In this document: positions 47,465 to 58,809 of the stretch, in pieces
Position numbering within the stretch: the first letter of the stretch is position 1
Layout: every line of letters begins with the position of its first letter
Source: Flavobacteriales bacterium
GTDB taxonomy: Bacteria; Bacteroidota; Bacteroidia; NS11-12g; UBA955
DNA length: 64,000 nucleotides
NCBI GenBank assembly: GCA_947463125.1
Contig: CANHQZ010000002.1
Span: 46,951-110,950 of the forward strand
Reading direction: 5' to 3'
Notes under the pieces: model-generated
Told to the model about the DNA's origin: nothing
The model's database searches: none
The model's input: the letters and a program-made list of their open reading frames with translations, nothing else
Position numbers and translations under genes: made by a program

Positions 47465-48697
47465 ATGAACTGGCCTTTTTTTCTGGCGCGCCGCTTGTCT
47501 GCTTCCGGGCAGGGTTCCTTTTCCAGATCTATTGTGCGTTTGGCTATTGTGGCTGTAGGTCTCAGTTCTGCTGTAATGATCATTGCACTCTCTACGGTTT
47601 CAGGTTTTCAATCCGGTATCAAAAATAAGGTTATTGGCATAAACGGCGACCTTGTTATTGACGATATTTCCAACACCGAAGGCTCAGAACCCATTCCAAT
47701 GGGAGAAAAGCTATTGGCATTTACACCGGATATACAGGCTGTGAAAGGGATACGGTCGGTTTCTGTATGTGCGGTCCGACCTTGTATTGTGAAGGGAGAA
47801 AGCGAGATTGAAGGCATGATTGCAAAAGGGGTTTCAGGTAGCTATGATTTTACGTTTTTAAAAAATCATCTTAAACGTGGCGTTGTTCCTGAGTTTTCGG
47901 AAGACACGGCAACAGCCATGATTTCAGAAATCACTGCAAACAGGCTTGGTTTGGATACAGGCATGTATATGCAGGCTATCTTTTTTAAGGAAGATAGCAG
48001 TGGTAACCGACGTCCGCGCGCCATCCGACCGCGTATTGTAGGAGTTTTTGCCACCGGGCTCGATGATTACGACAAGGTACATTTTATTACCCATATTGGT
48101 TTGGTGCGTAAGGTTTTACCGGCATCTGCCCGGTTCACCCAATGGGAACTGAGATTGCATGAAAATGTTTCAGCGACAGAAGCTGTTGACAAACTCAGCA
48201 GTAAACTGCCACCCGGAGTTTTTAATGTTCAGTCGGCGGAACGTTATAACCGTCAGATTTTCGACTGGCTGGCATTGCTGGATACCAATGTGGTTATCAT
48301 TTTAAGCCTCATGTTGCTGGTGGCTGTTATTGGCATGTGTACCACATTGCTCATTCTCATCACCGAGCGAACGCACATGATCGGTACCCTGAAAGCCATT
48401 GGTGCAAAAGAGGCAGGTATTCGCAGTATTTTTCAGTATCAGGTGTTGTTTATCACAGGCTTCGGACTTTTACTGGGTAACGCTGTGGGGCTGGGCCTTT
48501 GCTGGCTGCAATATCACTATGGGTTTATTACCCTGAACACAGAAACCTATTATGTAAACAAGGTGCTGATAGAATTTAATCCCATGCACCTGGTTTTGGT
48601 AAATACAGGAACCATCTTTACATGCTGGCTGGTATTGTACCTGCCCTCAAGAGTAGTAGGGCGGTTAAGCCCCATCAAATCCATTAAGTTTCAGTAA
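47465..48697 (+). CDS. LolC/LolE-FtsX family ABC transporter permease
   Basis: N-terminal TM (FSRSIVRLAIVAVGLSSAVMIIALSTVSGF), a large periplasmic loop, and three C-terminal TMs (FtsX fold). The start was trimmed from the track's 47072. Confidence 0.75.
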   Translation: MNWPFFLARRLSASGQGSFSRSIVRLAIVAVGLSSAVMIIALSTVSGFQSGIKNKVIGINGDLVIDDISNTEGSEPIPMGEKLLAFTPDIQAVKGIRSVSVCAVRPCIVKGESEIEGMIAKGVSGSYDFTFLKNHLKRGVVPEFSEDTATAMISEITANRLGLDTGMYMQAIFFKEDSSGNRRPRAIRPRIVGVFATGLDDYDKVHFITHIGLVRKVLPASARFTQWELRLHENVSATEAVDKLSSKLPPGVFNVQSAERYNRQIFDWLALLDTNVVIILSLMLLVAVIGMCTTLLILITERTHMIGTLKAIGAKEAGIRSIFQYQVLFITGFGLLLGNAVGLGLCWLQYHYGFITLNTETYYVNKVLIEFNPMHLVLVNTGTIFTCWLVLYLPSRVVGRLSPIKSIKFQ

Positions 48698-48703
48698 AAA
48701 TCG

Positions 48704-50659
<1,956 letters not shown>

Positions 50660-50805
50660 TTAACGTAAAAGGTCGTTTTTTAATTGTTTGTAAAAATACA
50701 ACCTAAACAGGGGAGGTGCTTGCCTCTTAAATGCCTAATTTTCCACAATTTGAACACTTTTAAGGCAGTTTTACTGCTAAATACATCAAACGGATAGTTT
50801 GCCTG

Positions 50806-50827
50806 GCAAAAAAGGGATTTTATCCCA
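50806..50827 (-). terminator. Rho-independent terminator after the exporter operon (upstream of the gyrB promoter)
   Basis: Plus strand reads A7-GGGAT-ttt-ATCCC. On the minus strand this is a GGGAT/ATCCC hairpin followed by U7, 3 nt downstream of the TolC-like stop codon. Confidence 0.55.
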
Positions 50828-50829
50828 AA

Positions 50830-52239
50830 TTAGAAGATTCTGCCGATTACACCTGCCAATTCGAGGTAACGGGCAGCGCTGTGAACCTGTTTTTGTCTGT
50901 AATCATTCAGTTTTATGCGGGTTTCAATCCAGCGGGTTTCCCGCATGTTTACCATGAAAACAGTGGCATCACCGGCAATAAAACGGGTTTTTTCGTTTTC
51001 GTACAATTGTTTGTACTGTCCGCTTACAATGGCATAATCGCGGCTTAGCGAGGCATAGGTAAGTGCTTCTTGATACAGTCCATCCACCTTTTGTTCGGTT
51101 TCACGGACTTTCTGTTTGAGTTTAAATCCGGATTCCTGCCATGCCAGTCTGGAAAGTTCAAATTCCCCACGTTCTTTTCTTAAAAACAATGAGCTGCTGA
51201 AACCAAGACCAAATGTGGAATTCATGCCCATGGAACTACCTGCCGGAAATTCAAAATATCCCGGACTCAATGCCCTGTACTTCAGGTTGATTTCAGGCAA
51301 CATGGCCTGTCTTTTTAGGCGCATTTCCAGCTGGTTTTTCTGCACGTACAAATCCATCACTTTCAGTGCCGGTTGCAGGTTCTGAATTCCGGCGGTTACC
51401 AGTGTATTTGGAAATGACTGCAGCATGCTGTCCAGAAATTCCATACCGGTATAATCCGGGATGGTTCCGGCTTTGATATACACCGGTTGCTCCGATTCAT
51501 TCCAAAGATGAGCGGAAAGCATCAGGCGACTTTTGATTTCCCTGATGCCTGCATCCCTAAACATCAAGCTGAAAATACCCAGTTGCGCGGCAGTCTCTAT
51601 GGTATCGGCGGCAGATTTACCACCGGCCTGAAATTCGGATCGTATGGCATTCATCCGCTCGGTAAGGAGCGAAACGGCCTGGCGGCATATCTCTTTTTCC
51701 TGCCAGGAAAAATACCAGTCGGCATAATCCTGTATCACCTGTTGCGCCAGTTCGTTCAATAATTGTGCGCGCATGGCTTCGGATTGCTCCCTAAAAAGCT
51801 GCGCCTGTCTTACCCCGGTTCTGCGGGCATCGGTAACCAGGTTTCGCAAAAGCGGTACATCAACTCCTGCGTAGGATAACCCGTTTGAAGGTGTCTTTAA
51901 ATCCGGACTTAAATATACGCCGCTGTTGTTTTCGTAGCCTGCCTTCAAATCCAGCCCTAACCAGGTAGGAACACTGATTCCGGCTGCAGTTTCTGTATAG
52001 TAATTTTCAGATTTGAAGGTTTTTTCCCGTTGTTCAAAAAAAATCTTGGGATCAAACCCGCCACGTGCATAGCGCAAATAGGATTCGCCCTGTTTTGGCA
52101 GTAGTTCTGCCTGCTTCAGGGTTGGGTGATACGCTTTTATCTGTTTTAGAATCAATCCCAGGTTAATGGATGCGCTATCCCGGGAAACCAAATGAGTAAA
52201 ACTGCCGGTCAGAAGGAGTATTGTGACAAAAATCCTCAT
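50830..52239 (-). CDS. TolC-family outer membrane protein
   Basis: 469 aa with a signal peptide and two OEP repeats. It overlaps the HlyD-family gene by 4 nt. Confidence 0.8.
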   Translation of the reverse strand: MRIFVTILLLTGSFTHLVSRDSASINLGLILKQIKAYHPTLKQAELLPKQGESYLRYARGGFDPKIFFEQREKTFKSENYYTETAAGISVPTWLGLDLKAGYENNSGVYLSPDLKTPSNGLSYAGVDVPLLRNLVTDARRTGVRQAQLFREQSEAMRAQLLNELAQQVIQDYADWYFSWQEKEICRQAVSLLTERMNAIRSEFQAGGKSAADTIETAAQLGIFSLMFRDAGIREIKSRLMLSAHLWNESEQPVYIKAGTIPDYTGMEFLDSMLQSFPNTLVTAGIQNLQPALKVMDLYVQKNQLEMRLKRQAMLPEINLKYRALSPGYFEFPAGSSMGMNSTFGLGFSSSLFLRKERGEFELSRLAWQESGFKLKQKVRETEQKVDGLYQEALTYASLSRDYAIVSGQYKQLYENEKTRFIAGDATVFMVNMRETRWIETRIKLNDYRQKQVHSAARYLELAGVIGRIF

Positions 52240-53567
52240 TTTTTTGGTTTGGTTGGGCCGGTTTCGGCTTTGTAATAGTCAGGAGGGAATCCATTCAGCT
52301 GTCTCCAGATTTCATACCACACACGAACCCGATTCAATAAAAGGTATCCATTGGATCCGGTTCCAACGCGCAGCTGAGATGGCCACTGTTTACCACCAGC
52401 CTCCGGTGCCACAAGGAGTCGGTATTTGCCATTTACCGAAGGGATGTTGTCAATAGCAAAAACACGCCCGGGAAAAGTACCATAAGTATAATTAGGCCAG
52501 CCTGAAAATACAATCGTCGGCCAACCATCAAACACGAAGTTTACATGCTGACCCTTTTTAACCAAGGGCATATCCATGGGATCAACATACATTTCTACCG
52601 CAAGGTGCACGGAAGACGGCATAACAGTACAAATGGCCTGACCCTCTTTTACAGTTTCTCCTATTCCACTAGCCAACGTCTTAGTAACATAACCGTCCTG
52701 CGGTGCAAGAATGATGTAAAAACCACTGCGTATGCTGTAGTTACTGAATTGGTTTCGTAATTTACTAACCTCTGCTTCGGTCTCCATTTGATTGCTTATG
52801 GCGCTGAATCTTTCACTTTCAGCTTTTGCCATTTTTTCACCGTATTCAGCTGTGACGTTCCGAAGTTCAAATTTTGCGTTTTCCAGCGATGCTTTTGCTG
52901 CTACAAGCTTGTTTTCAGCAGAAATACGTTTTGCAAGACTTTCCTGCCATTTAACCCGCCTGTTTTCAACGTCAAGCGGGCTTTTAATTCCTTTCTTCTC
53001 CAAAGCACTGTCTCGTTGAAACTGCTGACGGGCAATTCTTTCACCGGTTTTGGCAGCTTCTACTTCCGCAGCTTCGCTGTTTACTTTCATCTGCTCCTGT
53101 TCTACTTTGTTTTTCGCCTGCCTTAATTTGAAATCCTGATTGATTTCTAGTTGGGTTATCTGACGGTTAATGGCGTCAATCTTAGAACTGTAGCTGGTAA
53201 TGCTGTTTTCCTTTGCTCTGATCTGCGTCTCAGTTTGCTCAAGCAACTTTGGATCCAGGTAGCTCTCCTTTACTTCGCTGATGCGAACAATGGTGTCACC
53301 TTTTCTTACATAATCCCCTTCAATTACATGCCATTTTTCAATTCTTCCTCCAATGATAGTTTGAATTTCCTGAGGTCGCTGATTAGGCAACAGTGTGGTT
53401 ACAATGCCCTTTGTTTGTATATTCTGTGTCCATGGCAGAAACATGAAAAGAACAAACAGCAGCGATAGCCAGATTAGTACTTTGCTCATCCGTCTTTGCG
53501 TCCAGGGACTCTCTGTCAGCAATAATTCACTCTGGTAAGTTCCGTTTTTTTCTTTCATTAATGCCAT
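52236..53567 (-). CDS. HlyD-family membrane fusion (type I secretion periplasmic adaptor) protein
   Basis: N-terminal TM, a long coiled-coil hairpin, and a C-terminal beta-barrel/lipoyl fold (…GQHVNFVFDGWP…). Confidence 0.85.
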   Translation of the reverse strand: MALMKEKNGTYQSELLLTESPWTQRRMSKVLIWLSLLFVLFMFLPWTQNIQTKGIVTTLLPNQRPQEIQTIIGGRIEKWHVIEGDYVRKGDTIVRISEVKESYLDPKLLEQTETQIRAKENSITSYSSKIDAINRQITQLEINQDFKLRQAKNKVEQEQMKVNSEAAEVEAAKTGERIARQQFQRDSALEKKGIKSPLDVENRRVKWQESLAKRISAENKLVAAKASLENAKFELRNVTAEYGEKMAKAESERFSAISNQMETEAEVSKLRNQFSNYSIRSGFYIILAPQDGYVTKTLASGIGETVKEGQAICTVMPSSVHLAVEMYVDPMDMPLVKKGQHVNFVFDGWPTIVFSGWPNYTYGTFPGRVFAIDNIPSVNGKYRLLVAPEAGGKQWPSQLRVGTGSNGYLLLNRVRVWYEIWRQLNGFPPDYYKAETGPTKPKK

Positions 53568-55243
53568 GTGATATCCTGAATTAACTGTGGAACATTGTTA
53601 GCTGTTATTTTGCCAAGCTCAGTAAAGCCGTTTTCATCCAAAAATAAACAGGAATCTGCTTGTGACAAAACAGGTATCTGATTGCTGATAAAAATGACGG
53701 TGGAGTTTATGTTTCTAATGTGACTCCAAATTGCTTCAAGTTCTTTTTTGGTGAATGCACTCCACACATCATCAATCAAAACAAGCGGGGGAGTATGATA
53801 CAACGCTCGAGCCAGTGGTATTTTTCGCGCAATATTGTTAGGTATGCCGCTTTCAGACTCAAATTCATAGTTAAAACCTCCGGGAAGCGAAGAAACAAAA
53901 GTGTGTAAGTTGAGTGCTTTGCTAAGGTTGGTAAGTTCCGTCAAATCTGGCTCATTTCCGAGCACAATGTTCTGCGCAAGTGTACCTTCAAAGATGTGGC
54001 TTCCCTGAAGACAGATACCGGTAATGCTGCCAAGTCCCTTTCCTGATATGTTTTCAACAGGAACGTTATTCAGCTGCGAAGCGAACTCGGTTTCCATGTC
54101 GCCAATAATGGTTTTTAGTATTCGGGTTCTTCCGGTACCTGGCATTCCGCATATCCCAACTTTCTGGCCGGCTTTAATCACAGCAACAGGTTTACCGCTT
54201 TTCCGATCTACCAGAGTAACCGAGGGCGCTTCTGAAATTATATTGGTTTTAGGGGTGTGTTCAGTTCGGTCGTCTATACTCACATCGGTAACGGAGCCCA
54301 ATTTTTCAAGGGCTATCCCGGCATCATAAACAGATTCTACCGAAATGACAAGTTTTCCCACCGCATCAACCAGCGAAATAATCAAGATTTCTGAAGCCAG
54401 AAACTGCCCAAGACTTATGTCTTCCCGAACCAGTAAAAAGCTTCCAAGAAAGAGCATGGCCATGGTCAAAATAACTTTCATGCCTATAGCTATGGCTGCC
54501 TGATTGTATAAAACTCGGAAATGAGCCTGTCGGCTGTTTACATACCCTTTTAGATATTCGTCTGTTTTCTTCAGATGGAAATTTTGTTCCTGTTTGAGGT
54601 TAAAGGTTACCCTGTTCTGTGCAATTTCGGTAAGCCAAAAAGCAGTTTTAAATTTGTAGTTACTTTCAGCACGAGCAGATTGTACTCCTCTGTTGTAGGT
54701 AGCTCTCAAAACAATGGCAACCAAAATGAGCAATGTAAAGCCAAATAGAAGAAATGCAGGGTGATAGATTGCCAGCAGGATAACGCCAAATAAGATCTCA
54801 AGCAGGGAAGTGGTAAAGCTGAGAAGAATTTTACTAAAACTTTTTTGAACGGTGATAATGTCCAGAAATTTTTCAGACAGCTCCAGAAGACTGTTGTATT
54901 TCTTGAGCAGTTTGGTGGCAGATGCGAGTTTTTGAGAGAAATCGAAGGCAGTGCGAACAAATAATTTACTCTGTATCGATTCTAAAATACTCAACTGTGC
55001 GAGTCCAGTGAGGCCGGAAAGTAAAATGGCCAGAGTGATGAGTACTATCAGGATAAACCAGCTGCTACTAAGTTTTCCTGCCAGAACCAAACCGATGATG
55101 GCCTGAATCCCTAAAGGCACAATCAGGCTGATGGCACCAGCCAGAACGGCATATATGTATAGAAACCGAATGTTTCTTTTTTCAGTTCCCACAAGGCTCC
55201 AGATTCTCTTAAACGGGCTGAGGGTCTCGGGGTATGATTTCAT
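53558..55243 (-). CDS. T1SS-type ABC exporter (fused TMD-NBD) with degenerate catalytic motifs in the nucleotide-binding domain
   Basis: Six-TM exporter domain, then an NBD in which Walker A is GMPGTGRT (Lys to Arg), the signature reads ESGIP instead of LSGGQ, Walker B is LVLIDD (Glu to Asp) and the H-loop His is replaced (FISNQI). It lacks an N-terminal C39 peptidase domain. Confidence 0.8.
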   Translation of the reverse strand: MKSYPETLSPFKRIWSLVGTEKRNIRFLYIYAVLAGAISLIVPLGIQAIIGLVLAGKLSSSWFILIVLITLAILLSGLTGLAQLSILESIQSKLFVRTAFDFSQKLASATKLLKKYNSLLELSEKFLDIITVQKSFSKILLSFTTSLLEILFGVILLAIYHPAFLLFGFTLLILVAIVLRATYNRGVQSARAESNYKFKTAFWLTEIAQNRVTFNLKQEQNFHLKKTDEYLKGYVNSRQAHFRVLYNQAAIAIGMKVILTMAMLFLGSFLLVREDISLGQFLASEILIISLVDAVGKLVISVESVYDAGIALEKLGSVTDVSIDDRTEHTPKTNIISEAPSVTLVDRKSGKPVAVIKAGQKVGICGMPGTGRTRILKTIIGDMETEFASQLNNVPVENISGKGLGSITGICLQGSHIFEGTLAQNIVLGNEPDLTELTNLSKALNLHTFVSSLPGGFNYEFESESGIPNNIARKIPLARALYHTPPLVLIDDVWSAFTKKELEAIWSHIRNINSTVIFISNQIPVLSQADSCLFLDENGFTELGKITANNVPQLIQDITWH

Positions 55244-55368
55244 TGTCTGTTATATTCTTGCAAAATAAGTTGTTTTGGGGCTGTTTTGTTTTATCTGTTG
55301 ATAATCAAAAAAAATTCCATTATTGATAGATTGCTATTTATATGGAAAAAAGTGATATTTCAAAGTGT

Positions 55369-56781
55369 TTATTTCCCCCGGCCCTGAATCATGATCATGG
55401 CAGTGTAAATCATGATTTTTATGTCAAGTCCAAGACTCATGTTTTCCAGGTAAAGAATATCGTATTTCATACGCTCCACCATCTGTTCAACATTTTCGGC
55501 ATAACCAAATTTAACCTGTCCCCAGCTGGTTATACCCGGTTTTATGCGGTGAAGTCTAACATAGTAAGGCGCCTTTTTTACAATCTGCTCAATGAAAAAT
55601 CTCCTTTCCGGCCTGGGTCCTACGATGCTCATTTCTCCCATTAGCACGTTTATAAACTGAGGTAATTCATCAAGCCTCGATTTTCTGAGAAATGAGCCAA
55701 CCCGTGTTCTTCTGGGGTCTTTTTCACTGCTAAGCTGTGGCCCGTTGCTTTCAGCATCCGTGCGCATACTTCTGAATTTGAAAATCTGAAATGTTTTTCC
55801 CTTAAATCCAATTCTTTCCTGTCTGAAGAAAACAGGACCTGCACTGTCTAATTTAATTGCTATGCCGATCAGTAAAAAAACAGGCAGTCCCACTAACAAT
55901 GCCAGCAAACTAATCGAGATGTCAAAAAACCGTTTTGCCGTTTTCTGCCATTGTGGCATTACCTCAAAATCAACCTCCACCAGCATCGCTCCCAATATGT
56001 TGTTCATTTTGACCATTCCCAAAACCATACCGTAGCTGTCAGGAAGGATTTTTAAATGTACTTTCTCATTTTGTATCTGATCGACAAGGCCCGGAACCCA
56101 ATCGTGTTCTTCGTCATCAAGACATATAATAACATCTTCAATACGATATTCCTCAATGACAGCTGAGATTTCATCTTTGGTGCCCAGGCAGGGGAGGTTG
56201 CCCATGTTGGAGCGGGTATGGTCTTTCCCGCTGATATATCCCTGAATAAAAAATCCTTCAGATTTTCTGGCAATAGAAAGTTCATGAAACAACTTCTCTG
56301 CATTGTTGCCATTTCCCACCAGCAGTGTTCGGTATCCCCACTTTCGATGCTGTATCAAATAAATGGTTCTGCTTACCACGACCAGCCTGAGCATTAATGT
56401 TATACCAGTATGCAGTGAAAAATAAACCAGCAGAGACTTGTAATAATCCCGGTAATTGCCAACACTGTCGTCCAAAATAAGCAAAAAGAATATGATAAGG
56501 CTTCCTACAATCCCTGAAATGAAGGTCCTTTCCACTTCACGCAGGCGACTTCGTCTGAAAATATTTTTGTAGTAACCGCTGCCTGCATAAATCAGCAGCC
56601 ACATGGCAGGAATAGCCAGTAAACCTACATACAGCTTCAAATCATTATTTACCGGGATATCATAACCATGCTTACCTGCTTCCACAATGTGCTTTCTGTA
56701 AAGAAAAAAGAGAAGCCAGGCTGAACCTGCTGATATTAAATCGGTGATGACATGCAGTACGATTTGGAATCTGCGGTTCAT
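55369..56781 (-). CDS. Undecaprenyl-phosphate hexose-1-phosphate transferase (WbaP/exopolysaccharide polyprenyl glycosylphosphotransferase family)
   Basis: N-terminal TMs, then a C-terminal bacterial sugar-transferase domain (LDELPQFINVLMGEMSIVGPRPE...KPGITSWGQV). Confidence 0.85.
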   Translation of the reverse strand: MNRRFQIVLHVITDLISAGSAWLLFFLYRKHIVEAGKHGYDIPVNNDLKLYVGLLAIPAMWLLIYAGSGYYKNIFRRSRLREVERTFISGIVGSLIIFFLLILDDSVGNYRDYYKSLLVYFSLHTGITLMLRLVVVSRTIYLIQHRKWGYRTLLVGNGNNAEKLFHELSIARKSEGFFIQGYISGKDHTRSNMGNLPCLGTKDEISAVIEEYRIEDVIICLDDEEHDWVPGLVDQIQNEKVHLKILPDSYGMVLGMVKMNNILGAMLVEVDFEVMPQWQKTAKRFFDISISLLALLVGLPVFLLIGIAIKLDSAGPVFFRQERIGFKGKTFQIFKFRSMRTDAESNGPQLSSEKDPRRTRVGSFLRKSRLDELPQFINVLMGEMSIVGPRPERRFFIEQIVKKAPYYVRLHRIKPGITSWGQVKFGYAENVEQMVERMKYDILYLENMSLGLDIKIMIYTAMIMIQGRGK

Positions 56782-57698
56782 TTTGGATAGCTGAATCTTA
56801 TATTGTCAATAAAAATTTCCTGAGCGGTTTTCAGCTCTGCAGGTTTCATAGGGCTTATCATTAGCTGTATCTCTGTATCGCCGGGCTGGTTGTAAAGCTC
56901 ATAGATAAGGTTAATGTAAAAACGTTTCCAGGTATTTCCGGTCTCAAAAATGTAAACGTAGGGAAGATAGAGTTTTCCTGAACTGTTTTTGCGAATCATG
57001 GCCATTTGAACAGGAACCGGAGTCTTTATGTCAAATTCAAACATGATATCTGTTCCCAAAAACGGAAGATTACCGAAATATTTAAAAGAGGCCATGTCGA
57101 TGACTTTGGCCGTGTCTGCTGCCGCCATCACAACCTTCATGCATCGTGTGTTGCCCAAATATCGGCCTTTTAGAGAAAACGGCTCTGTAACGATATAAGA
57201 AGTGTCGCCGGTTCCCGAAAATAATCGTATGAGACTGCTGTTGTTGTCCTCAAAATCTTCCAGCCAGGGAAACTCTACGTTGTTTTTATAGGTCAGCCTA
57301 ATGTTTCCGGCATGGGTTATTTTACCTTCCTCTAAATCGATGAATGTATCGGTTCTGTTGAACAGCCTGTGAATTACGTGCTGATTTTGAGCTCCATTCA
57401 GACGCACCGAAGGAATGATGGAGAGTTTTCGTCTGCCGGAAAAAAGAACTGGTATGGTAGAGGGAATCTCAAACAGGCCTATAAACTGCTCATCCACGTA
57501 CACATTTACTGCCGAAATTTCATGAATATTGTTTCCCTGAGCCAATGTGGTGCTAACGCTGACCGAGTCAATCCTGATATATGACGGTATTGTTTCTGAC
57601 TCACGGTCACACCCCGATAAAAGAGTAAACATGAGAGTTAGCGCCGGCAATAAAATTCGGAGGCCCATGCTGCGAAAATACAACACTCTTGTCCGCAA
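56778..57698 (-). CDS. Hypothetical lipoprotein
   Basis: Lipoprotein signal (LTLMFTLLSGC). 306 aa, no recognised family. It overlaps the glycosylphosphotransferase start by 4 nt. Confidence 0.5.
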   Translation of the reverse strand: MRTRVLYFRSMGLRILLPALTLMFTLLSGCDRESETIPSYIRIDSVSVSTTLAQGNNIHEISAVNVYVDEQFIGLFEIPSTIPVLFSGRRKLSIIPSVRLNGAQNQHVIHRLFNRTDTFIDLEEGKITHAGNIRLTYKNNVEFPWLEDFEDNNSSLIRLFSGTGDTSYIVTEPFSLKGRYLGNTRCMKVVMAAADTAKVIDMASFKYFGNLPFLGTDIMFEFDIKTPVPVQMAMIRKNSSGKLYLPYVYIFETGNTWKRFYINLIYELYNQPGDTEIQLMISPMKPAELKTAQEIFIDNIRFSYPK

Positions 57699-57721
57699 CT
57701 CAAAAGTTATTTGGGATACAC

Positions 57722-58684
57722 CTACACTTCGTGATACCGTCTTTGAACCTTTTCGGTAATCAATGTAGCCAGTCTGTTCACTTCCAGCATGTTTTCCAGT
57801 GATGAGAGAGGAGTAAGACCTTTGGAAATGTTTTCTTCAAAATTTCTGAATTCCATTTTCCAGGCATCAAAAGGAATAACAGGCCGCTGAATGAGCGTTA
57901 GCTCCTGCTGCTGCTGGGCTTCCGTTTCTTCTAGAAAAGTAAGCTGATCTTTGTTTTCCGTCTGCCTGTATTCATTGAGTGTGTTTTCTGTAAAATCCAG
58001 CGAAAACAATTTGTCCTGCTGGTAAATCTTTAAACGGTGTGTTCCGGGTTCTATAGCCCGTCCTGCGGAAATATGGCAAACTGAGTCGTTATCAAATTCA
58101 ATGTGAATATTGAGTAAATCCGGGTTTTTACCGAATAAAAACAGTGGTCGTGCCGATACGTCCCTGATTCCACACTGGGCAGTTCTGATCACCAGATCAA
58201 GATCCTGGGCAAGTTCTTTAAAAAGCCAGGTTTCAAAACCACCGGGAGCAGGGGGTCTGCACTCCTTTTCCAATTTAATGAAACGTGGCTTTCGCACAAA
58301 CTGGGATGCTGTTGTATACAGTGGTTTATTATATAATGTGTTGGCTATATGGAAACAATTGCCACTTTCTGCGTGCAAACGCATGAGCTGTTCGGTGAAT
58401 CCAATGTTGTTGATTAAAAATCCATCAAGCAGAATATGTTTGCCAAGTCGTGTAAGATTTTCAATCATGGCAGTGTCTATGTGTCTCACATGCCTGTCGA
58501 TGATGAAGACGTCCGCCTGGTCGGCCAACTCAAATACATAAAGCAGGTTCCCCGCAGAATCCGCATTCATATCATGGTCGGGATCATAATATCCGCTGAA
58601 TTGAAAGACCATGCTGTCTTGCAGCAGATGAGCAAAAATTTCAGCTTTACGTTGTGTACCTAGAATGACAGTTTTCAGTTTCAT
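57722..58684 (-). CDS. Hypothetical protein, possibly a Gfo/Idh/MocA-like oxidoreductase fold
   Basis: Trimmed to MKLKTVILGTQRKAEIF..., a Rossmann-like start. The rest is unassigned. It is the first gene of the co-directional cluster. Confidence 0.35.
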   Translation of the reverse strand: MKLKTVILGTQRKAEIFAHLLQDSMVFQFSGYYDPDHDMNADSAGNLLYVFELADQADVFIIDRHVRHIDTAMIENLTRLGKHILLDGFLINNIGFTEQLMRLHAESGNCFHIANTLYNKPLYTTASQFVRKPRFIKLEKECRPPAPGGFETWLFKELAQDLDLVIRTAQCGIRDVSARPLFLFGKNPDLLNIHIEFDNDSVCHISAGRAIEPGTHRLKIYQQDKLFSLDFTENTLNEYRQTENKDQLTFLEETEAQQQQELTLIQRPVIPFDAWKMEFRNFEENISKGLTPLSSLENMLEVNRLATLITEKVQRRYHEV

Positions 58685-58809
58685 GCAAATTTTTGGAGAC
58701 GCCTCTCTTATTTTTGTAACCTGCAGCAAATTTGCAGGACATTAATAAAATTATTTTTTTCGGTTTCTCACACATGTTCACAACCCCACCCATATCTGAA
58801 AGTCCTGTA

